Shown here: in pieces, positions 36,231-48,670 of the stretch | Layout: each line of letters opens with the position of its first letter | Position numbering within the stretch: position 1 is the stretch's first letter | NCBI RefSeq assembly: GCF_006345805.1 | Contig: NC_042999.1 | Location: forward strand, 44,392,001 to 44,456,000 | DNA length: 64,000 nt | DNA from: Octopus sinensis | Lineage: Eukaryota | Direction: 5' to 3' | Program-made: the position numbers and the translations under genes | The notes under the pieces: generated by a model | Database searches by the model: none | What the model was told of the DNA's origin: nothing | What the model saw: the letters and a program-made list of their open reading frames with translations, nothing else

Positions 36231-37213
36231 ACTATTCCTCATGCTGAGGTGAGAATAACAGTAGGCCCAGAGACGGTGAGGGCAGTATAGATTGATGGAT
36301 GTGATGGTAATGGGGTGATAGTAATAGTATGAGCTGTAGTTGTGATAGAGGCGGAAGTGATGGTGATGACAGTGGTGGTGGTAGCCAAGATGGTCAGGGA
36401 TGACGGTGACAGTAAAATATGTGAAAGACAGTGCTGATGGTGGTGGAGGGGAAGGCAGTGTAGTCAAAGGTATTGATGGTGGAGGCGTCAGAAGTCTGAA
36501 TGATGGTGATGGTGGTGGTACTGGTGATGGTAATGGCTGAAAACAATCAACAGAAAGAAAGAGGGAGAAAGGAAGAGGTTAGACAGAAAAAAAAAAAAAA
36601 ACTGTACTGACTCCCGAATGGGAAAACAAAAAATGTTTATCATGCAGCTTTGCAGTAAGTTACAAGTCAACAAATTATATCATTGTTTTGATGAAAATAG
36701 CTTGAAAAATATTGGCCAAGTTTAATAAAATTTAATATGTACTCAATGCATAAAGTGTCATTGTTGAGCCAAAGGCCCAATGAAGAGCCCTCCACAGGAG
36801 CTCACTTAAAAGCCACCTGATAAAGTGGCTTTTAAGCTGGTTTATCAAATAATTTTATATGAAGAATATTTTTTTGTTTATTGCTAGATGATGACAGAAG
36901 GTGAAAGGATTTATACTTAAAGAAATCCTTTTTTAAGCTGTGACCTGCCTTGATATTTAAAGCATCTAGTGAAAATGTCAGCAAGAGTAGATGAATATTG
37001 ATGAAGAAATGCAATTTGTGTGTGTGTGTAATATATATATATGACAGAATAGGAAAGTGGAAATTTTGGGGTATTAGTAAATCTGCATAATTTATATTAA
37101 TGTACAGGTAACTGCATTTCATTTAATTATTTAGGCAATTTCGATATTTGATTGAAGGTTCAAGTAATTCATGATAACTTACATGTATAATTAGTAAGTT
37201 TGATTATGTTGAT

Positions 37214-37378
37214 CAGGGCAGTCTTAGCAGCTGCATTGTAGGCCTTTGGGCAAATCAATGTACTGCGCTCTAGAGTATTTGACTGCAAGGCAAATCATAC
37301 ATAGATTTAATTTTGGCCCCTAAACCCAAGAAGTCCCTGGGAAATTGCTCAGTGTGCCCATACCTTAAGACAGCACTG
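37214..37378. mobile_element. hAT-like MITE
   Basis: cagggcagtctta...taagacagcactg TIRs; flanks atgttgat / atattgaa (6/8). Confidence 0.5.
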
Positions 37379-39559
37379 ATATTGAACATGGGTGACAACC
37401 TCTACTTTCATAAGGCTTTCAAAGCAGTAGCTCTGGATATTGGCCATTACACCTGTTTATTTCATCATTCACAAGCAGTGAAAAAGTCTAAGCTAGCCGA
37501 GTTCTTGATATGATGTTTTGCTGTAACATAGTGCGTACATCGCTTATCCAAAGAGGATTGACATTTTATATTCTTGGAATCATTAAAATAAGTCCTAGTA
37601 ACAATTAAGGGTTAGTTTAATTCAACTGGCTATACCAAGTTTCAAAACAAGAAATATATCAATGTTTCACTGTGCTGTTTCTGTAGCCATAACATAGTTG
37701 ATTTCCTAATTCAGTTAAAACCATTTTTACTTATTTTACTAACAGCAATAGGAAAGGCATGAACATGACAATGATTTATAGGTTTGTTCTGTTTAATAGG
37801 TCTGAAGCCAAATTCTACAAAAAAAAAAAAAAAAAAAACGTTTTGTCACGCTATCATTGTTGCATGATAAAGCTTAGTTGTCACTTGTAATCAAGTATGG
37901 CCTGGTGGCATGTTTGTACTTTCAATTAATTGTTTGCAGTACCTATGAAATTGCAAGGAGTTATAGACATCCTCTCAATCATACCACATCCTCTAACCTC
38001 TGGAACATCTAGATTGCGGCAGCTGGACAGAGGGTAGGGGGAGCTACACTAGTACTTGGCTGGTATCCATTTTCAACCGAGTAGAGCAGAGCAACACAGT
38101 ACATCATTTAATCCAAAAATCAAACTCCAGACCTTCGGATCTTGAGCCAGGCATGCTAACCACTAGGTCATGTAACTTTATTATTGTATAGTCCTTTTTA
38201 CCAGGGCGTATATTCCGGGTATGCTAGTTGTGCATTGCACATGCATCAAAAATGGAAAATTCATTATAAATATTAACCTTACTCATTAATTTAATCACAA
38301 ATCTTAATGGAAAACTTTTGTTATACTCTTGCTTGAAATTTGGTGGCACTGGGTGTGATAGCACACCCAATACAACAACCACCACCACCGCTTTTTACTG
38401 TTTTCTATTGACTATATAACAAATATTCATCATCATCATCGTTTAACGTCCACTTTCCATGCTAGCATGGGTTGGACGATTTGACTGAGATCTGGCAAAA
38501 CCAGATGGCTGCACCAGGCTCCAAGAGTTTCTAAAGCTGGATGCCCTTCCTAATGCCAACCACTCCAAGAGTGTAGTGGGTGCTTTTACGGGCCACCGGC
38601 ACAAGGGCCAGTCAGGCGGTACTGGCAACGCCCATGCTCAAATGGTGCTTTCTATGTGCTACCTGCACAGGAGCCAGTAACAAATAACAATAAAAAAAAA
38701 CAGAAAGACAAAGCAGAGTGTGTGAAACTGAGGGGATCTGCATTGGCTACAGCTGTTTAGTGAAGTCTGTATGCTGTAGCATACACCAGTCAAATGCCTA
38801 AAAAGTTTGCTTCACAAGGTCTGAGGTTCAATGCCACTACATGGCGTGTTAAGTACCATATTTGCCAGAATATAAAACATGCTTTTTCTATATTTGAATA
38901 TCTAATGTGGTTGTATTATGACACAAGTAACTCCAAACATGTTTGAGATAAAATTCAGAATGGAGATCATGGCTAGAATGACATTGGCCATAGGTTTACT
39001 TGAAGAGGACCATCTGGGATTAAACAACAATAGTTTATTTGCATTTCAAATATAATTGTGTAAAAACTGAAATGTAGCGAAGGTGGGGTGGATTAAAACA
39101 AGAGTTACAAATCTGCTAATATTTACTTATTATACTGCAACACATATTTTCCTTCTATTAATTCCTGGAAGTAGGAATTAAAAGATTCAGGCATTAGGTA
39201 CATCAGACCATGACATTGTTTTCAAGACTTCCACTATACTGAAAAAATCACAAGGTGATATATTATCTCTACAGTGTAAATATATATTCATACACAAGGC
39301 TCTTACACTGTTGTGGACATTGGCCACATATATAGTATAACTAGAATCATCCAAACTGAATCTATTATCAAATTTAAATCACCAATTGGAAAGGTATGAC
39401 CATGGCAACTTTCCATTACATTATTTCATAATTTTGAGGATTCATTCTTAGGAAGGGAAGGAATGTGTGTGTAAAACAGAAGCTGGCTTGAATAAAGAGA
39501 AGAATTATCAATTCAAATCCAATCAGAAATTTTTTGCACAGATATTGTGCATGTATGGT

Positions 39560-39593
<34 letters not shown>

Positions 39594-40975
39594 CCAAGTT
39601 TTGATTGCTGGGTTAGTGCCCAATTTTCCATTTCCCTTTGCTAAAATTGAACCTAATATTGTGAACTAATAAAATTCTCAATAATTTTAGTGCTCCCACT
39701 GCTTACAACAGCAGAATATACCATTCAGTGCAACCATTCATTGCAAAAGCTTTCACAGATAAGTTGAGAATAAGTATGTCTCAATATAATTAAATAATTT
39801 GCACACATCTTAGACTGCAAATGACCTGTTATGTCATAACCAACAATGAGTTTTGCTTCCTCATTTTCAAAAAGCAGCATCTTAGACCAGACTTTTGGGA
39901 TTTTCAAAAAAGACATGGTTTGATGCCTTTTCCTAATCATTTCTTCTAAATTGCATACTAGCTCACCATCTATTCTTTCAACTACAAATTGTCATATCCA
40001 AGAGATTCTACTCCAATAATTCTCTTCAGAGAGACTCACCACTAGTTGCTGTAGGCTTTCTGCACTGGAATATGCCATTCACCTTCCAGTAACTGTGTCC
40101 TTGTGCATGAGTCATAATTATTTTGACTCATGCATATCATAAACTTAAGGTCTATGTAGTTGACCAACTATTTTTATCCACACGTCAAAAAATTACTCTA
40201 CAATTCTAGATGACAATGTGATCTTTTCCAAATTCATAATAATGACACATCTTGAGAAAGTTTCAGCACTTGTCACACAGAACTGTCTCAGCAACTATGC
40301 GAGGTTTTCATACCTTTCTTATTCAGGTGGCCAGTCTATACAAGCATGTGCACAAGATGGAATTCCAGTCTTGACTAACAAGCAAGAGGTTCTGAAGAAT
40401 GTTTCCAGGTACCTGAAGAAATCTGATTTGTCTGCCTCAGTCAGAGAACAAACAGTTACTAATATAAAGGCACAACCTTCATGGACATTCAAGACCAAGA
40501 CCACTGATTTATCTGGATAATGTAAGATGAGCCTCACCTTGATATCCAGACCATCTCAAAACAACACTGCCTCCCTGTTCAATCCAAGATGACCAAAAGA
40601 CGAGTACATCTACTTGTCCTTGACAAGAAGCATATGTGTGCATCCCAGGAATTCTGGTCTAATATTTATATCTGATGACTTGAGGTTTTAAAGCAAGTAA
40701 TATTGTTTCAAAGCTAACCCTAAGTTATTGTTATTGCATAAATTTGTTGAGCAAAGAACAATGATTTGGTTGATCCCGCATTTGGGTCAACTGTGCATGC
40801 AGGTTTTCAGGGTTCCCCAAAAGGTCATATCAGATGTATACAAGTGCTTTCTGTTGATAACCCCACATCATGTGGAATTATTAACAGCAAGTATTTGTAC
40901 ACTTTTAGAATGCCACTTAGAAAACAAGTTGGTCCATGCTCCCCACTCCCATTATTTTATTTCTGCATTGTTTTA

Positions 40976-42168
40976 CGAGCAAGGCACCCAAAAGTAACAG
41001 GAAACACTTTCTGTGGGACAAGCACATTGTAGTTCAGGCTTCTGCTACTAGAAGCCACTTGATGTGACCTTCAGGCATCAGTCTGCCAACCAGCGTCGTT
41101 GAGTACAGTCATACTGCCATGTAGTGTGTCTGTTTTACAGTACTTCTCTCCTGTTCGATTTTTGCGATGGCTGAAATGAAGGAACAGTGTGCTTCCATCG
41201 AATTCTGTTTTCTGCTGGGGAAAACAGCAGCCGAAACTGTTGTCATGCTTCAAACAGCTTACATGAGCAAAACAAGTTTACAAGTGGTTTTCACACTTTA
41301 GGAATGGTCACTTGTTGCTTTAAAACCAACCTCATTCAGGGCAACCGTCGACCTACCAAACGAATGAAAACATCACCGAGCAATTGACGAACTTTCCTAT
41401 GTAACTGGTGTATCCTGGAGCTCCAGCCAACGAATTTTGAAAGAGGAATTAAGAATGAAAAGAGTTGCAGTAAAATTTGTGCCTCGCTTGCTCACAGAAG
41501 ATCAAAAGCAGTCACAACTGAATGAGTGTCATGAACTGAAAGAACAGCTGGAAGTTGTTCCAGATCTTTTTTCCAAGGTCATTACTGGTGACAAAAGTTG
41601 GTGCTACAGCTATGACCTGGAAACGTCAAGCAAAATGAAACATTCAATGTCACCACACCCCAAAAAGGTGCATCAAGTGAAATCCAATATCAACACAATG
41701 CTGATTTGGTTCATTGATGTGAAAGGAATTGTCCACATAGAATTTGCTCCTCCTGGTCAAACTGTTAATCAGACATCTTAGTTGGCAGTTCTGAAGTGTT
41801 TGCAAGATGAAAATGTCCCGACCTGTGACAAAGTGGTGATTTCATCAGGACAATGCATCTGCATACACCACCTTGAGTGTGAGAGTTTTTCCTTATTCAC
41901 TTGATCTTGCTCCCAGAGACTTTTTTTTCCCTTTCCCTAAATATAAAAGTCCTGAAAGGAAAATGTTTTGCAGATGTGGAAGAGGAGAAGGAAAAAAAAA
42001 ACCTGTCAGAGGTTTTGAAAGGTACCACTTCGCAAGAGTTCCAGGAGTGCTTCGAACAGTGGAAAATGCATTGCTTCAAATAGAAGTTACTTTGAAGATG
42101 GTAAAAGTGTAAACATGTAAACCTAAATGAATAAAATAGTATTGCAAAATTCCGGTTTCTTTTGGGTG
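40976..42168 (+). mobile_element. mariner-like (DD34D-type) transposon fossil
   Basis: TA|cgagcaaggcacccaaaagtaacaggaa on the left and ttccggtttcttttgggtg on the right (TIR remnants). MAEMKEQCASIEFCFLLGKTAAETV, KFVPRLLT, ITGDKSWCY, QDNA, PYSLDLAPRDF. Confidence 0.88.
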
Positions 42169-42760
42169 GGTGGCTGGCTGGCTGGTCTAGGCATTCTTTG
42201 AAAGTCTACCAACCTTTCTACTTAAGTGCATGTGTTGGTCTTATTTGGGGAAGGACATTCCTCTCCAGTGTCTTTGTAGTGGTTTGGATGTTTCACACTA
42301 TGATAAAATAAGGTAGAGTACGTCAAATTTATTAAAAATCAGGCTGAAATTTTAAGACGCCTTCCTTGTGTAGCTTCTATATTGGTATTTATATGGAGTT
42401 TTAGGCAGAACCACAGCTGATAAAATTGCTTCTTAACTGGCTTAGTTCCATTGCCTGGCCTTGTGAGGGAATTTAGTAAATGGAAACAGAAAAAAGCCAG
42501 TTGTGTGTGTGTGTGTGCACGTATTTATATGCATATGTGCAGGCGAGTGTGTGTGTATGCGTGCAGGTGAGTGTGTGTGTCTCCTTGCCTAAACATTAAG
42601 TCAGAGATTATCAATGTGGAGAGAACCACTCCCACCTCTCCCTGCCAGGGGTTGCTGGGCATGTCGAAAGGAGCGTTAGGCTTTAGGCGGTGGTGAGGTA
42701 ACATACCGTGACTAAATCTTACCTATAGTAATTATATTATACATGATAAAACTAGTAATG

Positions 42761-43063
42761 TACATTTATTTACATTTGATGGATATTTGTCCTCATCTTG
42801 TTTGTTAACACAATGGTTTGGCTGATGTACTCTCCAGCCTTCTTCAGGTATCTTGGGGGAAATTTTGAACCTGGGTTCTCATTCATAAAGTATTTTTCGA
42901 TGTTATTAACATTATTCAGGTCACTGCCTGGAATCGAACTCAGAATCTTGGAGTTAGTAGGCTACACTCTTAACCACTACGCCATATGCCCATGGGCATA
43001 TGGTATAGTGGTTAAGAGTGCAGGCTGTTAACCCCAAGATTCCGAATTCGATTCCAAGCAGTG

Positions 43064-43096
<33 letters not shown>

Positions 43097-43283
43097 GTAG
43101 TAACATCAAAAAATACCTTAGGAATGAGAACCCAGGTTCAAAATTTCCCCATGACACCTGATGAAGGGTGGAGGGTGTATCAGCTAAAACGTGTTAACAA
43201 CAAACAAGATGAGGACAAATATCCGTCAAATGTAAATGATGTAAATAATGTACATAATTCCTCATCTCTTAAATATAGAACTG
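42761..43283. mobile_element. Head-to-head inverted dimer of a tRNA-headed SINE with a Penelope-like, hammerhead-remnant tail
   Basis: Axis at gcccat/atgggc (42992/42993); arms are reverse complements; direct repeat taaaactagtaatg at 42747-42760 and 43284-43297. Confidence 0.85.
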
Positions 43284-43664
43284 TAAAACTAGTAATGGTT
43301 ATTAAAATAAACTGAGATCTCATCAGGCACAGGGAATTCATTAACTGGCAATGCATCAAGTAAATTAACAATTTTTGTCTTTATCAATTTTTATCATTCC
43401 ATTGTTAAAAGCTTATACAAACCATTTTTTCAGAATAAAATCTTCAAATTATCATCCATATTTAGTTAGTTTGATATCTCACTCACCACTTAAGTGGGCG
43501 CTAGATATAACAAAAGCTTAAAAAATGGGGTGGGGTGCACAACAAAACAAAAAAATAGGTTATGAACCATTGCATTACACAATAATCATGAGTGCTACTA
43601 TCATTCAAGCTTCATCCCTCGTTTCCAGTATTCCATGAAATGTGTTCAACCATTGCGGGAAATA

Positions 43665-45174
43665 CAGGGGGGGGGGGGCAGAGAGGACAGATGTTTTTGA
43701 AATAGCTATTACTCATTCCCAGAGTAAGGGACATATGTCCGACAGGTATTATTCAGTCCGTGGTGCCTTAGCATTTTTTTTCTTTTCAGGTGAAGCCATG
43801 GCACTGTGGACAATAGAACATCGTGTGTTTGCCTATGACAGTTATATGAAGAATAACAAGTCTGACACAGCAGTTCAGCAAGAGTTTCGGTGCCACTTCA
43901 ACAATCACCAAAATCAGGTGGTTCCCACCTGTAAGACAATCTTACGCTGGGTGAATGCACTTCGTATATGAGGTACACTAATGAACAGGAGACCAGAGGG
44001 GGCACCATGAATGATATAGACCCCAGATAATGTAGATTGCATCAAACAAGCTTTGATATGGAGTCCGAATTGCTCTGATCGGAAGCATTCTACTGAACTT
44101 GGCATTGGTAATCGATCAGTAAGGCGTATTTTGCATGGAGACCTGCATTTCCACCTGTACAAATTGATCATTGGGCAACAGTTGAGATCATGGGACTATG
44201 CACAGCAGCTTAACTTTGCACCTCGGATGGAAGCAATTTTTTAGGCAAATGATAACATTTTGTTAATGAGTGATGAAGCTAATTTTCATCTCAATGGCAT
44301 GGTGAATCAACAGAACTGTAGTTATTGGGTTCTTGAAAATCCAAGAGAATTGCACGGAAGACCACTGCACAGCCCAAAAGTGATGGTCTGGTGTGCTGTT
44401 GGAAAAGCTGTCGTCATTGGTCCTTACTTTTCTGAAGACAATAATGCAAATGCTGTTTACTGTGAGCATTACATCAAGATGATAAACAACTTTGTGCTTG
44501 AATTATGATGAAATCGTATGCCTGTTTGACGTGTGTTGTTTCAGCAGGATGGGGTGACAGCCCACACAGCCAGAGCATCAATGGATGTTCTTCGCCCTCT
44601 CTTTAGTGATCACTTCATTTCCAGGTTTGCTGACATTCCTTGGCCTCCTTGGTTCCCTGATTTGTCCAGGTGTGATTATTTCTTGTGAGGAAACCTCAAG
44701 GCATGTGTGTATATGCATAAGCACTGTACATTGAACGATTTGAAAGAAGCTATTCACATGGAAGTCACCCAAATTGACAGAGCAATACTGGAGAGAGTGA
44801 AGGCTAACTTCCAAGAACATCTTCAGAAATGCATCATTGAAAACGGTCACCACATGATGGATGTTGTCTTCCACACTTGATTTTGATAAATGCTAATCTA
44901 ATATGAACACATTGATGTCAATAAAATTTGTTTGCACCCAAAATTAATGATTTTGTGAATTTTTCAAAAACGCCTACACTTACTACACTCACGGAGTGGT
45001 TGGCGTTAGGAAGGGCATCCAGCTGTAGAAACACTGCCAGATCAGACTGGAGCCTGGTGCAGCCTCCTGGCTTCCCAGAACCCGGTTGAACCATCCAACC
45101 CATGCTAGCAAGGAAAATGGACGTTAAACAATGGTGATGATGATGATGAAGTCTGTCCTCTCTGCTCCACCCTG
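43665..45174 (+). mobile_element. DD41D (rosa/Visitor-type) Tc1/mariner transposon fossil; transposase 43798-44880
   Basis: TA-flanked TIRs cagg...gcagagaggacag; MALWTIEHRVF, MSDEANFHLNG, FQQDG...PDLSRCDYFL with 41 residues between the last two Asp. The right TIR is split by an RTE-3' insertion at about 44975-45149. Confidence 0.9.
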
Positions 45175-47899
45175 TAGCATCTCGCTTAGAAACAAGTAAG
45201 GGTTGGCAACAGAAAAGGCATCCAGCCATAGAAAAAGTCTCAATGAACTCCAACTCCATCTGATCAATGCAAGCATGGTAAAGTGGACATAAAATTTTCC
45301 AAGTGCTATGATTGCTATATTAATGTAGGAAGTGTTTAAAAAAATACACAATAGAAATAAAGGAAGTTTAATAATAAATTGATATAATCCTTAAATTACA
45401 CAGAGAATTAAAATTGAAGAGGTAATATAAATATATAAACAGATACGTCATTAATACACAACAATTAATAAAACTTATGAAGATTTTTATTTGAAATCAG
45501 TATGGCTAATGTAAATCAAGAACATCACAACACAAGAATCTTGAAAAGTTCGCACAAAAATGAGATTTAAAAATGAAAAATTAAAAATATTCACATTCAT
45601 TATTGTAAAGATTACGACAGTCAAAAATAGTTTTAAATGACCATGTTATGATAAAATCTTTGTTTTTGTTAAAACATTGCGATTTGTTAATGGATGAGGT
45701 AAAAGACTATTTGTAAGGACAAAAAAAAAAAAAAGATGTTAATTTCTAACACAAATTCACAGAATATATTATGACTGCTAGTTCAGTATGTCTTTTATCT
45801 TCAAAACCGAGATAACTAGAACATAAAACATCAGTGCCACGAAAATAACAAAACTATCACTTCAATCCAATCACACTAAACGATGGAAGATGATGATGAG
45901 TGTGGAAGTACAAGAATCGTCTGCCATCTGAAATAAAAGCAAACCAAAACTTTAAAATGCTTTAGAAAAAAAAAATGTTATAAATATAATTTATATCAGT
46001 AGTTCCCAAAAACCCCTTAATCTTTTAGCATTCACTATACTCTATCAAATGTGATGCTTATTTATTCACCTTTTCAATTAACCCTTTAGAATTCAGGTTA
46101 CTGTGAAATGATATGCTTATTGTGCCCCGCAATTTGTTTTGAATTAATCATGCATTATCTCGTAGTTTTAAGGTTTTGATGATGTGATTGTTTATTTTTA
46201 GAATGACATTTTAAGGTAAGTGTAAGAGGCCAGATCTAGTAGGTTTGGATATAGAATAGGTAGACTATTTCTGTCAGATATTTATTATTATTTATGTGCC
46301 CATTTCAAGCCTAGCCAGGCTCATGGGCCCGGTTTCCATAGTGTATGTGTTCCCCCCAGCTGGATGGGATGCCAGTCCATCACAGCGTTACTCAAGAAAC
46401 AGGAAGAAAGAGTGAGAGAAAGTTGGGGTGAAAGATTACAACAGGGGTCACCCCACCCCTGCCGGAGCCACGTGGAACTTTAGGTGTTTTCGCTCAATAA
46501 ACACACACAACGCCCGGCCTGGGAATCGAAACCACAATCCTCCGACCACGAGTCTGCTGCCCTAACCACTGGGCCATTGGGCCCCCACTGCACCCTTTTA
46601 AAGTCTAGCCAGGCTCATGGGCCCAGTTTCCCGGTTTCAATGATGTATATGTTCCCTAGCTGGATGGGACGCCAGTCCATCACATCATTACTAATTTTTG
46701 CCAGCTGAGTGAACTGGAGCAACGTGAAATGAAGTGGTTTGCTCAAGAACACAACGCGTTGCCCAGTTCAGGAATCGAAATCACAATCTTACGATCATGA
46801 TGCTGACACCCTAACCCCTGAGCCACGCGCCTCCACATTTTCTGTCAGATATGGCAAGTTTAAATGCTAAAGGGCTAATCAAACATTGCCTTAGTAACAT
46901 CAAGATTTAGATGATGTGACTTTATTTTTTGAATGGCATAAGATAGGTGCGAGAGGCTGGATCTGGCTAGTTTTAACATAAAACAGGTAGAATTTTTGGG
47001 CTAGATGTAGCTATTTTAAATGTTAAAGGGTGAGATTAAAATGAAATTTTCTCACAGACCCCAGTATCTTGAAAGATCTTACTAAAGCTGATTTCATTTA
47101 CTGACAATATACACATTCTCCCAGTTTCATCTGTCAAAAGATATCATCATCATCATCGTTTAACGTCCGTTCTCCATGCTAGCATGGGTTGGACGGTTCG
47201 ACCGGGGATCTGGGAAGCCAGAAGGCTGCACCAGGCTCCAGTCTTATCTGGCAATGTTTCTACAGCTGGATGCCCTTCCTAACGCCAACCACTCCGTGAG
47301 TGTAGTGGGTGCTTTTTACGTGCCAATAATCATATGCTAAGGAATTAAACATTTTACACAGCAGCCTTTTCAAATTTTGAACACAGATCATAGACCCCTG
47401 TACTACATTTGAGAATCCTTAGAAATCTACAAAGTCCAAGTTAGGAAATGCTGCTTTATTATAATTATTATAATGACAGGTGAAAAATTTGATTAGCTCA
47501 TATGTCTGCTGCCCACTAGCATACTTAATAACAAGGTAATTTTATACATTTATGTTTATTTAGCTGAATGAAATAGCACATCAGGAAAATGATACAGACA
47601 AGCGTTTTATATTGGTGAAAAAAAAAATTCATCTCTACTCTGTAATCCCCAACTAAACACTATGATTCTTGGAGATGTCCACACTTCATTAAAAGGTGAC
47701 AAATTCAGCTTCATGATTCTAGGATTAAAAAATTCTTTGCACAAGATGAAAAGGTATCATAACAGTCAAATAATATTGGTCTAGTTATGTTCAAAATTAC
47801 AATATGCATATGGATTTTTGTTTTGTCACTTTTTCATCTTGTAGTTATTATTCTAGCAATATTTTTAACATTACACATACACTAAAAGTAGCTGTTTTT

Positions 47900-48140
47900 T
47901 TTTCTTCTACTTGCTACACTGGAAGGATCAGTGTCTATGGCTTTTGTAAGCCTCTTAAAACTAGAGATAACAATGTTAATGTTCCTCTTGAATCTTTGTA
48001 CAATAACACCTGCAGGAAAGATACAAGGAAGGAGGGAATTCCTGAGGGACAACATTCTGAGAAGGATTAATGTGGAATCTGGGGATGGGGAAGGAGGGTT
48101 AAGCATCAAAGAATTTTTCAAAGTCTTTTCTAATCATTAA
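47900..48140 (-). mobile_element. Old LINE 3'-end fragment (CR1/Jockey-like); similar piece at about 4620-4860 +
   Basis: LLPCIFPAG...QRFKRNIN resembles the LINE ORF2 C-terminal WNxLP..FP...FK..IN motif; heavily degraded. Confidence 0.35.
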
Positions 48141-48349
48141 ATCAGAAATGATATGAAAGCAAAATTTCAATAAACTAATGCACTATAAAACAACATTACA
48201 GCTGAATACAAAAGAGTAAGAATGGTTACAGCACTAATAATTAATACAAACAAAATACATTTTTTTTTTCTTTTTCTGTTTCAAAATTAAAATAAATATG
48301 AAATAAAATAAACATCAACTTACAATGAGAAGTATGAATTTTCGGCAGG

Positions 48350-48670
48350 TTATTTTACGAGGAATTTCCCAAGTAAGAAACTAATTGCAACAATTATTAA
48401 GCCAACTATGCAAACAACAATGGGCCAGGTCTTTTCAGGGTGATTTCCAATACATGTCACTGTCTCAGAAGCAATGCTTTCTTCCTTTTTCTCAACAGGT
48501 TCCACAGAATCAACTGAATCAACAGCTTTCTCTTCCTGTTCCTCATCATTTACATTGGTTTTCTCTTCTTCCTCTATTTCAGCAGCCTTTGCTGCTGCTC
48601 TCATTTTGATCCTTCGAGTTAATACTGTGGTTACACTTTCTGATATCGGTGTGTATACTTCTGTTTTTTC
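48350..48670 (-). CDS. Terminal exon: acidic segment + C-terminal TM helix (WPIVVCIVGLIIVAISFLLG-KFLVK*)
   Basis: Acceptor tttattttcag; open to TAA; 20-residue hydrophobic stretch encoded at 48368-48427, followed by only 5 residues. Confidence 0.85.
   Translation of the reverse strand, partial: EKTEVYTPISESVTTVLTRRIKMRAAAKAAEIEEEEKTNVNDEEQEEKAVDSVDSVEPVEKKEESIASETVTCIGNHPEKTWPIVVCIVGLIIVAISFLLGKFLVK

Noticed and set aside
40218-40900. Possible RTE-like LINE fossil (DGIPVLTNKQEVL...)
   Set aside because: Resemblance is limited to a short degenerate stretch, with no catalytic motif visible; left uncalled.
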